Origin: a virus
Lineage: Duplodnaviria > Caudoviricetes
Direction: 5' to 3' (one strand)
Length of the DNA: 64,000 nt
Virus record (IMG/VR): IMGVR_UViG_2639762835_000002
The position numbers were made by a program, and so were the translations under genes. The notes below the pieces were generated by a model that had not been told where the DNA came from, searched no databases, and saw only the letters and a program-made list of their open reading frames with translations. Shown piece by piece: positions 1 to 10,179 of the stretch. Every line of letters starts with the position of its first letter. The first letter of the stretch is position 1.

Positions 1-1161
1 TTATTCCGGTAGCTCTTCCAGCTTCACTTCGAGTTGTACGCGGTTGGTGTAGCCCTGATTGGTGAGGTCGTGCACCACTTGAGTGAGCAGCCAGGGGGCA
101 GCGTCGATATCAGGTTTGAATCCCCTGACGGTGGTTGGCTGTTCCGGGTAGAGCTCGGGGCGGCCCTTGGCCAGGGTGATGTTGAACTCGGCCACCCCAC
201 GCTGGATCCGTTCCCACTCTGCACGGGCGGCCCGCATGGCGTTGGTCTGGTTGGCATAGACGTGGCGCAGCTCTTTAACGTTCTCGCTGTCGCCGACCAG
301 CAGTTCATGTTCCTTCTTGTTGACGACGACACCCGGCGGCAGAGGCCGTTCCGGCTTCGGCTTGGTCTTCTTCTTGCGCTTCACCTCGATTTTCTTTTTC
401 TCGGCTGCTTTGTTGTCTTGCCAGTAGGCCGTCACGCCGGTGTATGCGTCGCGGTCTGCCACGGAGAAGCGGTGCTGGTCGCCATCTTGGCGGGTGATGG
501 TGATGGCTGGCAGGGGCTTGCCACTGGCGTTGGTGCCTTGGCCTGCCTTGATGAACATCAGGCGGCCAGACTTGACGGTGGCGATGGCGTCGCACTGCCC
601 CGCCAAGCGGGTGAGGAAGGCGAGATCGCTTTCGTTGGTCTGGTCGATGTGGTCGATCAGCTGGCCCTTGAGTGAGTCACCCACGCAGGGGGTGAGCTGG
701 TAGGGGGCGGCAACCTGGTCGACGATGCTGCTGACTGTGGTCTGGTGCCAGCTGCGTTCGCGCAGTTTGTTCATGCCGCCGCGCAGGTCTGCCGATTTGC
801 CCCGGATGGTGAGCACATCGGGGGCACCGCCGTGCTCCACTTCGTCAATTTTATAGGTGCCCTTGTCGACCAGGGCCTGGCCTTGCCAACCAATGAGGGC
901 GCGCAGGGTGGCCCCACGGCGTGGCATGTCGAGCTGACCGTCGCTGTCATCGAGGGTTATTTCGATGGTGTCGGCGGTGAAGCCCCGGTTGTCGGTGATG
1001 GTCATCGACATCAGGCGCGGGCGGATGGCGGCCGAGATGTCACTGCCATCGACCAGCACCTGGTAAGCCGGCACCGGGTGGCCTTGGCGCAGGGCATCGA
1101 GCGGGTTGGTGATGCCTAAGTTCTCGGCCAGGCGACTGCCGAACTGGTCGAAAGCGCCCAT
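1..1161 (-). CDS. gpD: P2 gpD-like late control/baseplate hub protein
   Basis: 386-aa ORF with ITDNRG..D..EITLDD and IDQTNESD motifs; follows gpU. Confidence 0.9.
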   Translation of the reverse strand: MGAFDQFGSRLAENLGITNPLDALRQGHPVPAYQVLVDGSDISAAIRPRLMSMTITDNRGFTADTIEITLDDSDGQLDMPRRGATLRALIGWQGQALVDKGTYKIDEVEHGGAPDVLTIRGKSADLRGGMNKLRERSWHQTTVSSIVDQVAAPYQLTPCVGDSLKGQLIDHIDQTNESDLAFLTRLAGQCDAIATVKSGRLMFIKAGQGTNASGKPLPAITITRQDGDQHRFSVADRDAYTGVTAYWQDNKAAEKKKIEVKRKKKTKPKPERPLPPGVVVNKKEHELLVGDSENVKELRHVYANQTNAMRAARAEWERIQRGVAEFNITLAKGRPELYPEQPTTVRGFKPDIDAAPWLLTQVVHDLTNQGYTNRVQLEVKLEELPE

Positions 1162-1652
1162 CAGAGGATCCCCCCGAGTTTGTTGCCGATGCTGCCGAGC
1201 AGTTTGCCCACGCCGAGGCGGCCGAACAGGTTGCCCGCGGTGCGATTGAGCAGGGTGTTGCCGAAGGTGGTGTCGTTGTCATCGACCCGCTTGAGCTTGA
1301 TGCTGAATTCAATCTTGCGGGCTGCGCCATCGTCGAAAAACTCGGTGCGGGTGGTGCTGATGCCCTCTATCACGAATGATCCGCGCATCACGCCATCGCC
1401 CTGGATCAGGGGGAAGGCTTCACCGCTGTCACCCATCTGGCGCAGCATGTCGAGGGAGAGGGCTCCACCGGTCAGTTCGGGTAACAGCACCCCGCTCAGG
1501 GTGCTGGTTTCATCGTCAGGGCCGAGGAACTGGTAAGCCGGGCGGGCACCGACCCGGTTATTGCCCGGGTGGCGCCAGGCCCATTCGTCTTGCTGGGATT
1601 GAGGGGCGACGGTCGAGCGCATAAACACGAACCAGCCCAGGGTCATCATCAT
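1161..1652 (-). CDS. gpU: P2 gpU-like tail protein
   Basis: MMMTLGWFVF start, RVGARPAYQFLGP, ARKIEFSIKLKRVD. Confidence 0.9.
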   Translation of the reverse strand: MMMTLGWFVFMRSTVAPQSQQDEWAWRHPGNNRVGARPAYQFLGPDDETSTLSGVLLPELTGGALSLDMLRQMGDSGEAFPLIQGDGVMRGSFVIEGISTTRTEFFDDGAARKIEFSIKLKRVDDNDTTFGNTLLNRTAGNLFGRLGVGKLLGSIGNKLGGIL

Positions 1653-1664
1653 GGTGGTTGCTCC

Positions 1665-4112
1665 TTAGTTGCGATCGCCTAGAGTGGCGCGGCCACGGGC
1701 GGCGGCTTGCCGTTCGCGCTGATCCAGCCGCTGGTCAATCTTGCGAACGAGATCATCAGGTGTTTCACCGGGCTGCTGCACGATGTTCCACTGATGATGG
1801 GTGGTGGAGTTTCCTCCCTTGGCTGCGACCGGTTTAGGGGTCGGTGTCGGCACGATACGCGGGCCGGTACCGTAGGTGTAAGCCGAGGAAAGTGCCGGGG
1901 GCCCGAAGTTGCCATTCAGATAGCCTGGCGTGTTGGCTGTCGGGATCTCGAACTTCGGGATCTTCTTGGTTTCGAGGATACCCAGCGATTCAAGCAGCCA
2001 CTCGATCCCTTTCAGGAAGGCCTTGAGTGGGGTCAGTGCCAGATTGAAGGCTTCGCCCAGGATGCGGCCGACGAACTGGCCGGCGCTGCCGAACCCTTCC
2101 AGCGTCTCCTTGGAAAACTTGAGTGGTTCAAGCAGGTCGCCAAACCAGCCTGATAGCGTTTTAACCCCGGCGCTGATGCCATCGATCAGCGGAGCGAACG
2201 GCTTGAATGCCTCAAAGACGGGAGCAAGCCCGGCCATGATGCCCTGCCATAGCCCGCTGAAAAATGCGCTGATGGGTTCCCAGAATTTGACGATGGCAAT
2301 ACCCAGCGCGATCAAGGCCGCGATGGGCACCAACACAGCGGTGATCGCCCCGAGTATGCCGCCAAAAGTGACCCCCAAGATCCCGAATGTCAGTTTCATA
2401 ATGGCCATGGGGCCAAGAAGGGCGGCGACTGCCAGCGACAGGCCGCCGAAGGCGATGGTGACGACCGACACAATGGCGCCAATCTTCATCAGGGTGTTGG
2501 ACAGTTCAGGGTTTTTCTTCGCCCAGTTACCAAGGCGCTCTGACAGGTCGCCTATCCACTGGGTGATGGCTTTAATCTCTGGCGCTATCGCTTCACCAAA
2601 ATTGACCATGGCATTGGTGAAGGTACCGGTGGCGGCATCCCACAAGCTGCCCAGGGTACCGAGCTGGGCATTGACCCGCTCTTGCAGGGCGGCTTGGTCT
2701 GCCATTTTCTTCTGGGTGGCTCGGTAGCCGTCCATGCCTTTGCTGATGATCAGCTCCAGCACCTGCAGGGTTTCAGCATCGTCGCCGTAGATGCCCTTCA
2801 GGACTTGCAGGCGGCGCTCGGTGTTCACCCCCTTCAGCTTGGCGAGCTGGGCAAACATGTTCTCCATCCCTGCGAATTCCCCCTTGCCGTCGGTGAAATT
2901 CAGCTTCAATCCGGTGCCTTTCGTGGCCTTGGCAATCTTGCCGGTGTTCATGCTCATCTGGAAAACTTTGCGGTAGGCGTTCCCTGATGACTCGCCCGCC
3001 ATGCCGGCCTGATCGGCCATGATGACCAGCGGGGCCAGCACCTTGGCGGCTTCAAGCCCTGACTTGCGCAATATTCCCATGGCCGGGGTGAGTTTGGTGA
3101 AGGCGCCCAGCATGTTGCCGCTGTCAACGCCGAGGTAAAACGAGCGCTGGATGGTATCCATCAGCCCCATCATGTCTTGCTCGGCGGTGCCGGTGGCATC
3201 CTGCAGCTTGGCTGCAAACAGCGCCGCCTGGTCGAACGGCATTTTCAACTGCACACCGAGGTAGGCAGTCGCCTCCCCCAGGCCACCCAAGATGGATTTT
3301 GCGCTCATCCCCTGCTGGATCAGCGTGCTCATCATGTTCTGGAAGTCCGCCGTGGTGCCCGGCAGTTTGTTGCCGAGCTTGGTGGCCAGATCGCTGATGG
3401 ATTGGAACTCCTGCCGCACCTGGCCGCCCTTGCCCATCATGGACACTTTGAGGTCTACGACCGATGTTTCAGCTCTGGCGAACTCGATCACCGGCTTGAG
3501 GGTGGTCAAGCCCATGGCTGTGCCGGTCGCCAGCGCCGTGGCGCCGTGGCCTGCTATCTGGCCGCGCAGCTCCTGAGTCTGGCGGTAGTTGGCATTGACC
3601 TGGTTGAGGCGCTTTTGCTGGTTGGCCAGTTGCCCCAGCTTGGCACGCTGCTGGTCTAGCTGTGTGTTGGCGGAGGCCAGGTCGGTCTTGAGGCGGCGTT
3701 GGGTTTCACTGAGGTTGCCGGTGTTGATGCCGGTCTTGTGCATCGCTTCACCCATCTGAGCGTGACGGGTGATCATTTCCCCCTGTTTGGTCTTGAGCTG
3801 GTTGAGGGCTTTTTCGGCCTTGTTGAACTCGTTGATCATCAGCCTGGTTGGCTTGGGTGTTTCGGCAATCTTGCGTTGCAGTTCGCTGAACGAACCCTCG
3901 GCCTGCTTTAACTGAGCTTTGGTCGCGCCAATCTGGGCACCCAGCGTTTTGTAACCTTCGATTTGACCCGCTTGGGTTTCGAGGTCGCGGATTTTTTTCT
4001 TGGTGTCGACCAAGTCTTTGGCGGTGAGGCGGCTCTGGCCGCTGACTGCTTTGAGGGGGGCGGTGAGCTTGTCGACCGCCCCGAGCAGGATTTGAAGTTT
4101 GAGAGGGTTCAT
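1665..4112 (-). CDS. gpT: Tail tape measure protein
   Basis: 815 aa, Ala/Gly-rich with N-terminal coiled coil and hydrophobic repeats; synteny. Confidence 0.92.
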   Translation of the reverse strand: MNPLKLQILLGAVDKLTAPLKAVSGQSRLTAKDLVDTKKKIRDLETQAGQIEGYKTLGAQIGATKAQLKQAEGSFSELQRKIAETPKPTRLMINEFNKAEKALNQLKTKQGEMITRHAQMGEAMHKTGINTGNLSETQRRLKTDLASANTQLDQQRAKLGQLANQQKRLNQVNANYRQTQELRGQIAGHGATALATGTAMGLTTLKPVIEFARAETSVVDLKVSMMGKGGQVRQEFQSISDLATKLGNKLPGTTADFQNMMSTLIQQGMSAKSILGGLGEATAYLGVQLKMPFDQAALFAAKLQDATGTAEQDMMGLMDTIQRSFYLGVDSGNMLGAFTKLTPAMGILRKSGLEAAKVLAPLVIMADQAGMAGESSGNAYRKVFQMSMNTGKIAKATKGTGLKLNFTDGKGEFAGMENMFAQLAKLKGVNTERRLQVLKGIYGDDAETLQVLELIISKGMDGYRATQKKMADQAALQERVNAQLGTLGSLWDAATGTFTNAMVNFGEAIAPEIKAITQWIGDLSERLGNWAKKNPELSNTLMKIGAIVSVVTIAFGGLSLAVAALLGPMAIMKLTFGILGVTFGGILGAITAVLVPIAALIALGIAIVKFWEPISAFFSGLWQGIMAGLAPVFEAFKPFAPLIDGISAGVKTLSGWFGDLLEPLKFSKETLEGFGSAGQFVGRILGEAFNLALTPLKAFLKGIEWLLESLGILETKKIPKFEIPTANTPGYLNGNFGPPALSSAYTYGTGPRIVPTPTPKPVAAKGGNSTTHHQWNIVQQPGETPDDLVRKIDQRLDQRERQAAARGRATLGDRN

Positions 4113-4291
4113 TGTTCTTCGGCCCCGTTGATGCGGTTGTGAGTCTCAACGAGGCGTTGGTGCCAGCCCATCAGCTCGCTGATTTCCATGGCCGCCATCT
4201 CGGACGGCGGCCAGTGGGCGATGATGGCGATCTCTGCCATCAGGTCATCTATGCAGTGAGGTAAGCCTCCTGCTGCGAGCCCATCAAAAAA
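4109..4291 (-). CDS. gpE': gpE' extension reached by -1 frameshift from gpE
   Basis: TTTTTTG at 4291-4285 (minus strand); -1 frame reads ...DDLMAEIAIIAHWPPSEMAAMEISELMGWHQR...EEQ* and overlaps the gpT start (ATGA). Confidence 0.85.
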   Translation of the reverse strand, partial: FFDGLAAGGLPHCIDDLMAEIAIIAHWPPSEMAAMEISELMGWHQRLVETHNRINGAEEQ

Positions 4292-4563
4292 CCGACCACC
4301 ACTACCCCGGCTTTGAGCAGGTCAGCTGGGTCCATATCCGCAACCTCGAGCTCGCTCAGGTCGGTGATGCGGGGTAGCAGTCTTATGAGGGTGTCGACGT
4401 TCATCTGGACGATGTCCAGGGTGTTGAGGCCGCGCAGGTGGCCCGCCTTTTTGGGGCTGCGAATGGTCAGCTCGGTAAGTTGGGTGTCGCCGCGCTGTAC
4501 CGGGGTATCGAGGGTGATGGTTTTGCTGGCTGGGATGCCGATAGAGACTACGTTGTTTTCCAT
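4249..4563 (-). CDS. gpE: Tail assembly chaperone gpE
   Basis: ITLDTPVQRG, LRGL, LLPRIT, MDPADL motifs. Confidence 0.88.
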   Translation of the reverse strand: MENNVVSIGIPASKTITLDTPVQRGDTQLTELTIRSPKKAGHLRGLNTLDIVQMNVDTLIRLLPRITDLSELEVADMDPADLLKAGVVVVGFLMGSQQEAYLTA

Positions 4564-4629
4564 GGTGCTTGTTCCTGATGTTGATGTGGTGAGGGCGGCT
4601 GTTGGCCGCCCGTTGGGTTGTTGGGTGGG

Positions 4630-5148
4630 TTAGAGGCCGATGGCTTTGCGGTGTTCGGCCATGCGATCGACGCCATCGGGGCCGATCTCGACCATGTTGA
4701 TCAGGTCAATCTCATGCATCACCTGGCCGTTGACGGTCTCTTTGTAGTAGGTGTTGACCATGCCGACCTTGGCTTGGGTGTTGTCACCCGCCTTGAGGGC
4801 GCCCCGGTCGAGCTCTTTGAAGCGGCCACGACAGACGATCTCGACGGCGACAATCTCGGCGGAGTCATCACGCTGTACGGAGCCGGCAAAGCGCAGGCTG
4901 GTGCCGTCTGCCTTGGGCTCGCCCATGCAGCGCAGGAGCTGGTCGCCGTAGCCGCCGAAGGTGAAGGAGACATCGAGGGCGCTGTCATCCAGCCCCATAT
5001 CGATGTTGACGGCGCCGCCCATGCCACCGCCGCGATAGGCTTCGAACTTGCGGGAGAGCTTGGCCGGGGTGAAGTCTTCCGCTTCACCGACCCAGTTATC
5101 GCCGTTGAGGAATACGTTCAGTCGTTTGAGTTTTTTGGGCAGTGCCAT
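4630..5148 (-). CDS. gpFII: Major tail tube protein
   Basis: MALPKKLK start, YRGGGMGG, EIDLINM. Confidence 0.93.
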   Translation of the reverse strand: MALPKKLKRLNVFLNGDNWVGEAEDFTPAKLSRKFEAYRGGGMGGAVNIDMGLDDSALDVSFTFGGYGDQLLRCMGEPKADGTSLRFAGSVQRDDSAEIVAVEIVCRGRFKELDRGALKAGDNTQAKVGMVNTYYKETVNGQVMHEIDLINMVEIGPDGVDRMAEHRKAIGL

Positions 5149-5157
5149 GGTGGCTCC

Positions 5158-6336
5158 TTATGCGGCTGCCGCGACGCGGGCGCCGAAGTCGATCAGGTAG
5201 TGGTCGGTGATGCGCTGCTGGAAGCCGAGGTCTTCGAGCGGCGGGACCGGGGTGTAGTTGTAATCGATGCGCAGCTTGCCGGCCTTGAGGGTATCTTTGT
5301 CGTTGAGCTCCTCGTTGTACCAGCAGTCAAAGCCGAGCAGGTACCCACCGGTCACCAGTTCGCGGCCCTTGGCCTTGATGCCCTCGATGATGTCTTTGAC
5401 CAGGGTGGGGGTCATGGGCTTATCGACGGCCCACATGTGCGCATCGGCGATGGTGTCGGCCAGCACCTGGGCAGTGCGGGTGTAGTTCTCGAAGCAGAAC
5501 AGGGGATCGTCCGAGCAGGTGCGGTTGCCCCAGTAGCGGAAGCCATTGGACTGGATCAGGCAGGTGACTTCGCTGGCGTTGAGCAGGCCGACTTCGGTGT
5601 CGGGGTCTTGCAGATCCCAGAACAGGGCCTTGGTCATGCCGTCGACCCCGGTCACACCGACGTTCGACAGGGTCTTGTGCCAGCCGATCTCTTTGTCGAT
5701 AAGGGCCCGCATGGCGGCGGCCTTGAGGCAGGCATCGAGCTTGACGCTGGCATTGGCGGCGACGTCCCACGCAGTCCAGTCTGCATGCACCAGCATCAGC
5801 TCGCGGCTGGCGAAGTTTTCACGGTAGGCCAGGGCGGCTTCAACGGTTTCTGCGATGGTCGGCACGTAGGCAAAGGCGCGCAGCTTCTTGGCCACGCCCC
5901 CCAGCGCGGTGGCCACCGGCAGGGTGCAGTTGTCCGGCACGCAGAGGATGCGCGGCTTGACGGTGGTGACCGGGGCGGCCCGTTCCAGCGCCTTGAGGCC
6001 GGTATAGCTGCCATCGGGCTTGATGGTGCCGATGATGTTGCTGGTCAGGGCTGCGGCGTCGGCCCCCTTGGCCACGCGCACGACGATGACGATGGTTTTG
6101 ACTTTGTCATAGATGGTTTGCAGTGACTTTTTGAGGTTGCCCTCGCTGCCCGCTTTGGCGATGGCCACCGGCAGGTTGGCGATCAGCACGGGTTTGTCGA
6201 GGGGGAAGTAGGTGGCGTCCGCGTCTTCGCTGGTGCAGACCATGCCGATCACCGCCGTGGCGACGGTGCGGATGGTGCGGGTGCCCTCGTTGACTTCCAC
6301 GACGCGCACGCCGTGGTGAAATTGGTCCAGTGCCAT
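5158..6336 (-). CDS. gpFI: Tail sheath protein
   Basis: FHHGVRVVEVNEG, GWHKTLSN, GFRYWGNRT; start reassigned to the ATG at 6336. Confidence 0.93.
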   Translation of the reverse strand: MALDQFHHGVRVVEVNEGTRTIRTVATAVIGMVCTSEDADATYFPLDKPVLIANLPVAIAKAGSEGNLKKSLQTIYDKVKTIVIVVRVAKGADAAALTSNIIGTIKPDGSYTGLKALERAAPVTTVKPRILCVPDNCTLPVATALGGVAKKLRAFAYVPTIAETVEAALAYRENFASRELMLVHADWTAWDVAANASVKLDACLKAAAMRALIDKEIGWHKTLSNVGVTGVDGMTKALFWDLQDPDTEVGLLNASEVTCLIQSNGFRYWGNRTCSDDPLFCFENYTRTAQVLADTIADAHMWAVDKPMTPTLVKDIIEGIKAKGRELVTGGYLLGFDCWYNEELNDKDTLKAGKLRIDYNYTPVPPLEDLGFQQRITDHYLIDFGARVAAAA

Positions 6337-6422
6337 AGGTTCTCCTGTTGTCCGGACGGAGCTTTTACAAGGTGATGCGAGCAGGGTCAGGATGCAGGGG
6401 CAGGGGATGACAGGCGAGTGGC

Positions 6423-6453
6423 GGCCATTGTGTATCGGCGTTACACAATGGCC
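6423..6453. promoter_or_regulatory. Late-promoter activator site upstream of the F operon
   Basis: Inverted repeat GGCCATTGTGTA-N7-TACACAATGGCC, near-identical to the sites at 10767 and 21415. Confidence 0.75.
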
Positions 6454-6523
6454 CGGCGGTGACAAGGTGACGGACGGCGGCAGTAACGAAACACCCCGCA
6501 CTGGGCGGGGTGGGGTGGCTTGG

Positions 6524-7144
6524 TTAGATGACCTTCTCCGGTTCGGTTGGCCATTGTGGTGACTCTGGCCAGCCAGCTTGTTCCGGCACCAGCGTCAGCT
6601 CGTAGCGGTAGCGCTGCCAGTCGGCCAGCAACTGAGTATGTTCCGGCTTGGCGTAGCCACCCTCGACGGCTGGTTTTATGATGGAAATCTGCTGGTTGGC
6701 TGTGGCGATACGGGCTGACTGCTCTGTCTGCGTAGCCGACAGCGCCGCTTGCTCTTCCGCCGCGGCGTCAGGCTGCCATGCCGCGCCATCCCATACGTCA
6801 TATGGCGAGCTGGGGGCCAGCAGCGTGCAGAGCTCCGGCAGCGGACCGAGCGCCGAGATCGCGATTGGCTGGCGCGTCGCCGTGTCATAGACCGTCACCC
6901 CCCGATAGTCCGGCACCAGCGCCCAGCCATCCGCCTGCCGCACCACCGCCTGCCCCTCCTCGGGCGCAGGCGGCGCATCGAGATAGGCCCCCGCAGGCAG
7001 CCCCGTGCCGACCGATACCCACACATCTTGCGGCCCCAGATACTCAGCGGTCACTGCATCGGCGCAGTGGGCCTGCGCCCAGCCGTTGCACGCGGCCCAG
7101 CCGTCGGCACCCCAACTCACCCGTGGTTCGTTCAGTTCAGCCAT
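6524..7144 (-). CDS. gpG: Tail fibre assembly protein (gpG/Tfa-like)
   Basis: GTGLPAGAYLDAPP, DYRG, WQRYRYEL, WPTEP. Confidence 0.88.
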   Translation of the reverse strand: MAELNEPRVSWGADGWAACNGWAQAHCADAVTAEYLGPQDVWVSVGTGLPAGAYLDAPPAPEEGQAVVRQADGWALVPDYRGVTVYDTATRQPIAISALGPLPELCTLLAPSSPYDVWDGAAWQPDAAAEEQAALSATQTEQSARIATANQQISIIKPAVEGGYAKPEHTQLLADWQRYRYELTLVPEQAGWPESPQWPTEPEKVI

Positions 7145-8295
7145 TATGCGGCCCTCATGATTTTGTGGAATGCGGAGTTGCGGGGGCGAGTTTCAGCGCC
7201 GAGACGGCCAACATCTGTCGCGCCGTTCATAGCTGTTTTAATCAACCCGGTGGCGTTGTTGTAACCAGCATTAGACGATGACTCAGGATATTCTGCCACT
7301 GGGCTTGCAAACCCTTTGCCGAGAATAGGGAATTGTTCATTAGGCAAAATATAATTCCCCCCTCCTTGAGAGGCTCTGTCCATCCCGATCATGTTATGTT
7401 GGTGATTCAGCAGCGTATCCCCTTGCGCCGACAGCAACCCCCGCCCCGCATCCACCCCCCGCCCATTATCCCAGCCACGGATAAACTCGCCGCGCAGCTC
7501 TGGCATCACCCCTGCCGGGTAGCACTGTGCCAGTTTTGGATAGGTAGCGGTGTTAAAGCCCTGCCCCGCGCATGACAAAAACACCATGCCGCAGTCCGGC
7601 CAGATGTCTTGCGGCATCTGCGCTAGCGGCCAGTCTATTGGCACCCCAATCAGCGCCGAACCGTATTCCGTCAGACCCTTATTTTTGAGGGCAGCCCGCA
7701 TCTTTTTCGGCGTCACAGCTGCGTCGTCGGCGATACCTGCATCGGTTTGGGGTTGGCTGGCATAGCGGGCGAAGCCTTTGGCTGATTCGCTGGCGTCAGG
7801 ATGGTCCCTGCTTTCCTTGTGCGCCTTCATCACATCATCGACATACTTGCGGGTTGCCAGCACCACGGCCGGATCGATCTTAAGCTCCACGGCGCTGGTG
7901 TCGCTGACGATCAGCACAATGCGGATGACCTGGGTGCGGCCGGCGCCACTGCTCAGCAGCGGCTTGTAGGTGTCGGGGGTGTTGGCGATGGCGATCAGGG
8001 TGCCGTCTTCCGAAAAAATGCCGGCCTCTCGGATCCACCAGTCGCCGACGTCCTCCGGGATGATCTGCTCCGCTACCAGCTGTGACTGGTTCAGGGGGTC
8101 TTGAAACAGGGTGTTGAGCGGGGCCCGGCGTTTTTCCCTGACCAGCGTCGTCTGGGCTGCGTTGGGCGTAACCGGCTGGCCGTTGCCGTCGCCGACCGCC
8201 ATATGGGTGATTTTCAGCGGGATGCCCAGCGCGATGGCGTTGGCAATTTTGGCCTGCCCGGCATCGGTCGGAATGGCGAAATAGATGGCGCTCAT
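7144..8295 (-). CDS. gpH: Tail fibre protein with collar domain (short, about 383 aa)
   Basis: P2 gpH N-terminus (ITHMAVGDGNG, IDPAVVLATRKYVD); collar motifs LRGEFIRGWDNGRGVD and ETRPRN. Confidence 0.88.
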   Translation of the reverse strand: MSAIYFAIPTDAGQAKIANAIALGIPLKITHMAVGDGNGQPVTPNAAQTTLVREKRRAPLNTLFQDPLNQSQLVAEQIIPEDVGDWWIREAGIFSEDGTLIAIANTPDTYKPLLSSGAGRTQVIRIVLIVSDTSAVELKIDPAVVLATRKYVDDVMKAHKESRDHPDASESAKGFARYASQPQTDAGIADDAAVTPKKMRAALKNKGLTEYGSALIGVPIDWPLAQMPQDIWPDCGMVFLSCAGQGFNTATYPKLAQCYPAGVMPELRGEFIRGWDNGRGVDAGRGLLSAQGDTLLNHQHNMIGMDRASQGGGNYILPNEQFPILGKGFASPVAEYPESSSNAGYNNATGLIKTAMNGATDVGRLGAETRPRNSAFHKIMRAA

Positions 8296-8927
8296 TAGCG
8301 GGCACCTCCTGTGGGTTGCGGTTGAATGGTCATGGTGTCGATGGTGTGAGTGATGCCGCCGTGCCACTGCTGGCCACTGATCTCGATGGCTTCGGGGCTG
8401 TAGGGGTAGATGGTCAACTCGTCACCCAGATAGCAGGCAGCCCCCAGATAGAGCGGGCCACGGGTTTCCATGCTGATGGCGAGCCCAGTCAGGTGGCGGG
8501 TCATGGGCTTGGCATCGGCGATCAGCCGTTCCAGCTCCTGGTACATGGCTTCGGTGATGCCGGTATCGAGCACGCCGATATCGAGCTTGAAGGTGCCCGG
8601 GGTGGCGGTCGGGGCCTCTTGCCACCACTCCCGCACCCGGATCAGATAGCCGAGCGGTTCCACCACCCGGCGGATGGCGCCGATGGTGCCCTTGCGGCTG
8701 TGCACAAAGTAGCTGTTGGCGATGACCTGGCGCTTGGTGGCCTCGGGCCATTTGTCATCCCAGCGGTCGACGCTCCAGCTGGCGGCCAGATAAGGCAGCA
8801 GGTGGGCGGGACAGGTCCAGGGTGACCAGAGCGAGCGAAACGGGATCGGCAACTGCTGGGCATTGGCGCCCGTCGTGGCCAGATTGCGCTCGGTGCGGCT
8901 GGTGCTGGGCGGCAGCAGGGTATTCAT
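8295..8927 (-). CDS. gpI: Tail protein I
   Basis: LLPPS, CPAHLLPYLA, HSRKGT. Confidence 0.92.
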   Translation of the reverse strand: MNTLLPPSTSRTERNLATTGANAQQLPIPFRSLWSPWTCPAHLLPYLAASWSVDRWDDKWPEATKRQVIANSYFVHSRKGTIGAIRRVVEPLGYLIRVREWWQEAPTATPGTFKLDIGVLDTGITEAMYQELERLIADAKPMTRHLTGLAISMETRGPLYLGAACYLGDELTIYPYSPEAIEISGQQWHGGITHTIDTMTIQPQPTGGAR

Positions 8928-9823
8928 GCTGCCCGCTCCACGGTGAAGGCGGTGCAGTAGGCGGCCTGGGTGGCGCTCGGGGTGATGTCTGCCCAGCCGA
9001 TCAGGTCGACCTTGCGCACGCCCTGCACATGGAGGGCGGCATCGATGGCGGAGCGCGGTATCTCGACCCCGATGCGGCGGCGGGGGTTGATAAAGGCGGC
9101 GAGTCGGTCGCGGGCGGCCTGCAGAACCACATCGGCCTCGGCCCCCTGGCTGTCGATGTGCAGCTTGGCGGTGATGGTGTAGTGGATGATGCCGGCGCTT
9201 TGCACGGTGAGCCGATCGGCCACCGGGCGCTTGTCTTCGTGGCTCAAGGCCTGGGTGACTTTGGCGATCAGGGTGGCATTGGCCGTGCCGTCCCCTTCGG
9301 TGCTGAGGATGGTGACCTGGGCCTCGGCGGGGGCGGGGCTGGATCCTTTGGCATCAGCTACCTTGCCATCCGCCGAGAGGGCGAAATACTCATAGGCTCC
9401 GGTGGGGCCCGCCACGCTGAGGCCATCCCACGCCATCAGGGCGCGCAGGATCAGCGCCTCGTCATCTTCCTTGATTTCGGGCACCGGCGGGGTGGCTGTG
9501 TCATCCCCTGGCTGGATGATGAGCCGCTGCACCTTCCAGTTGGCCACCAGGTTGTCGAGGTCGCTCCCCTTGGCCCACGCCAGCATGTTGGCGACGGCGG
9601 CATCGTTGATGCGTTGGCGCAGGATCAGCTCCCGATAGGCATTCTCTTGCAGCAGCTTGGTGATGGGCTCGGATTCGAGCGCCAGGGTGGCGGCGATGGC
9701 CGCCTGCTGGTCTGCCGGATAGAGGCTGACGAAATAGGCCTTGCGCTCGGCGAGGATGCTCTCGAAATCGAGGGTTTCGATCACCTCTGGCTGGGGCAGT
9801 TGGGAGAGGGTGATGGTGCTCAC
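8924..9823 (-). CDS. gpJ: Baseplate assembly protein J
   Basis: LESEP, SVAGPTGAY, RPVADRLTV. Confidence 0.92.
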   Translation of the reverse strand: MSTITLSQLPQPEVIETLDFESILAERKAYFVSLYPADQQAAIAATLALESEPITKLLQENAYRELILRQRINDAAVANMLAWAKGSDLDNLVANWKVQRLIIQPGDDTATPPVPEIKEDDEALILRALMAWDGLSVAGPTGAYEYFALSADGKVADAKGSSPAPAEAQVTILSTEGDGTANATLIAKVTQALSHEDKRPVADRLTVQSAGIIHYTITAKLHIDSQGAEADVVLQAARDRLAAFINPRRRIGVEIPRSAIDAALHVQGVRKVDLIGWADITPSATQAAYCTAFTVERAA

Positions 9824-10179
9824 TGGGCGGCTCCTGTTGGGATGGGAATGGTGGCAGATTCCGGCGCGCCGCCATCTTTGCGTTGCCAGGTGAGTTCAAC
9901 GGTGAGTGAGCCATTCATGCCGCCGCTCAGCACATCGACCCGGCTGATGGTGATGCGCGGCTCCCAGTTGATGAGGGCCTGCACGGTGGCGGCCATCAGG
10001 CGCAGGCGGGTGGCCTGATGCTGGGGTTGGTCGATGAGGTAAAACAGCTCGCTGCCGTAGTCTCGACGCATGATGCGCGAACCCACCGGGGTGATGAGGA
10101 TGTCGCGCACCGACTGGATGATGTGGTCGGTGGCGCTGATGGCGCGGCCATTGGCGGCATTCATGCCGAGCCAGTTCAT
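9820..10179 (-). CDS. gpW: Baseplate wedge protein W (gp25-like)
   Basis: HIIQSVRDILITPVGSRIMRRDYGS, WEPRI. Confidence 0.93.
   Translation of the reverse strand: MNWLGMNAANGRAISATDHIIQSVRDILITPVGSRIMRRDYGSELFYLIDQPQHQATRLRLMAATVQALINWEPRITISRVDVLSGGMNGSLTVELTWQRKDGGAPESATIPIPTGAAQ

Noticed and set aside
4618-6126. Long plus-strand ORFs opposite structural genes (also 8822-10018, 58803-59774)
   Set aside because: Antisense shadows of GC-rich coding sequence with no recognisable motifs
6524-8295. Invertible tail-fibre cassette or diversity-generating retroelement
   Set aside because: No invertase, reverse transcriptase, inverted fibre copy or template/variable repeat pair seen at either fibre locus
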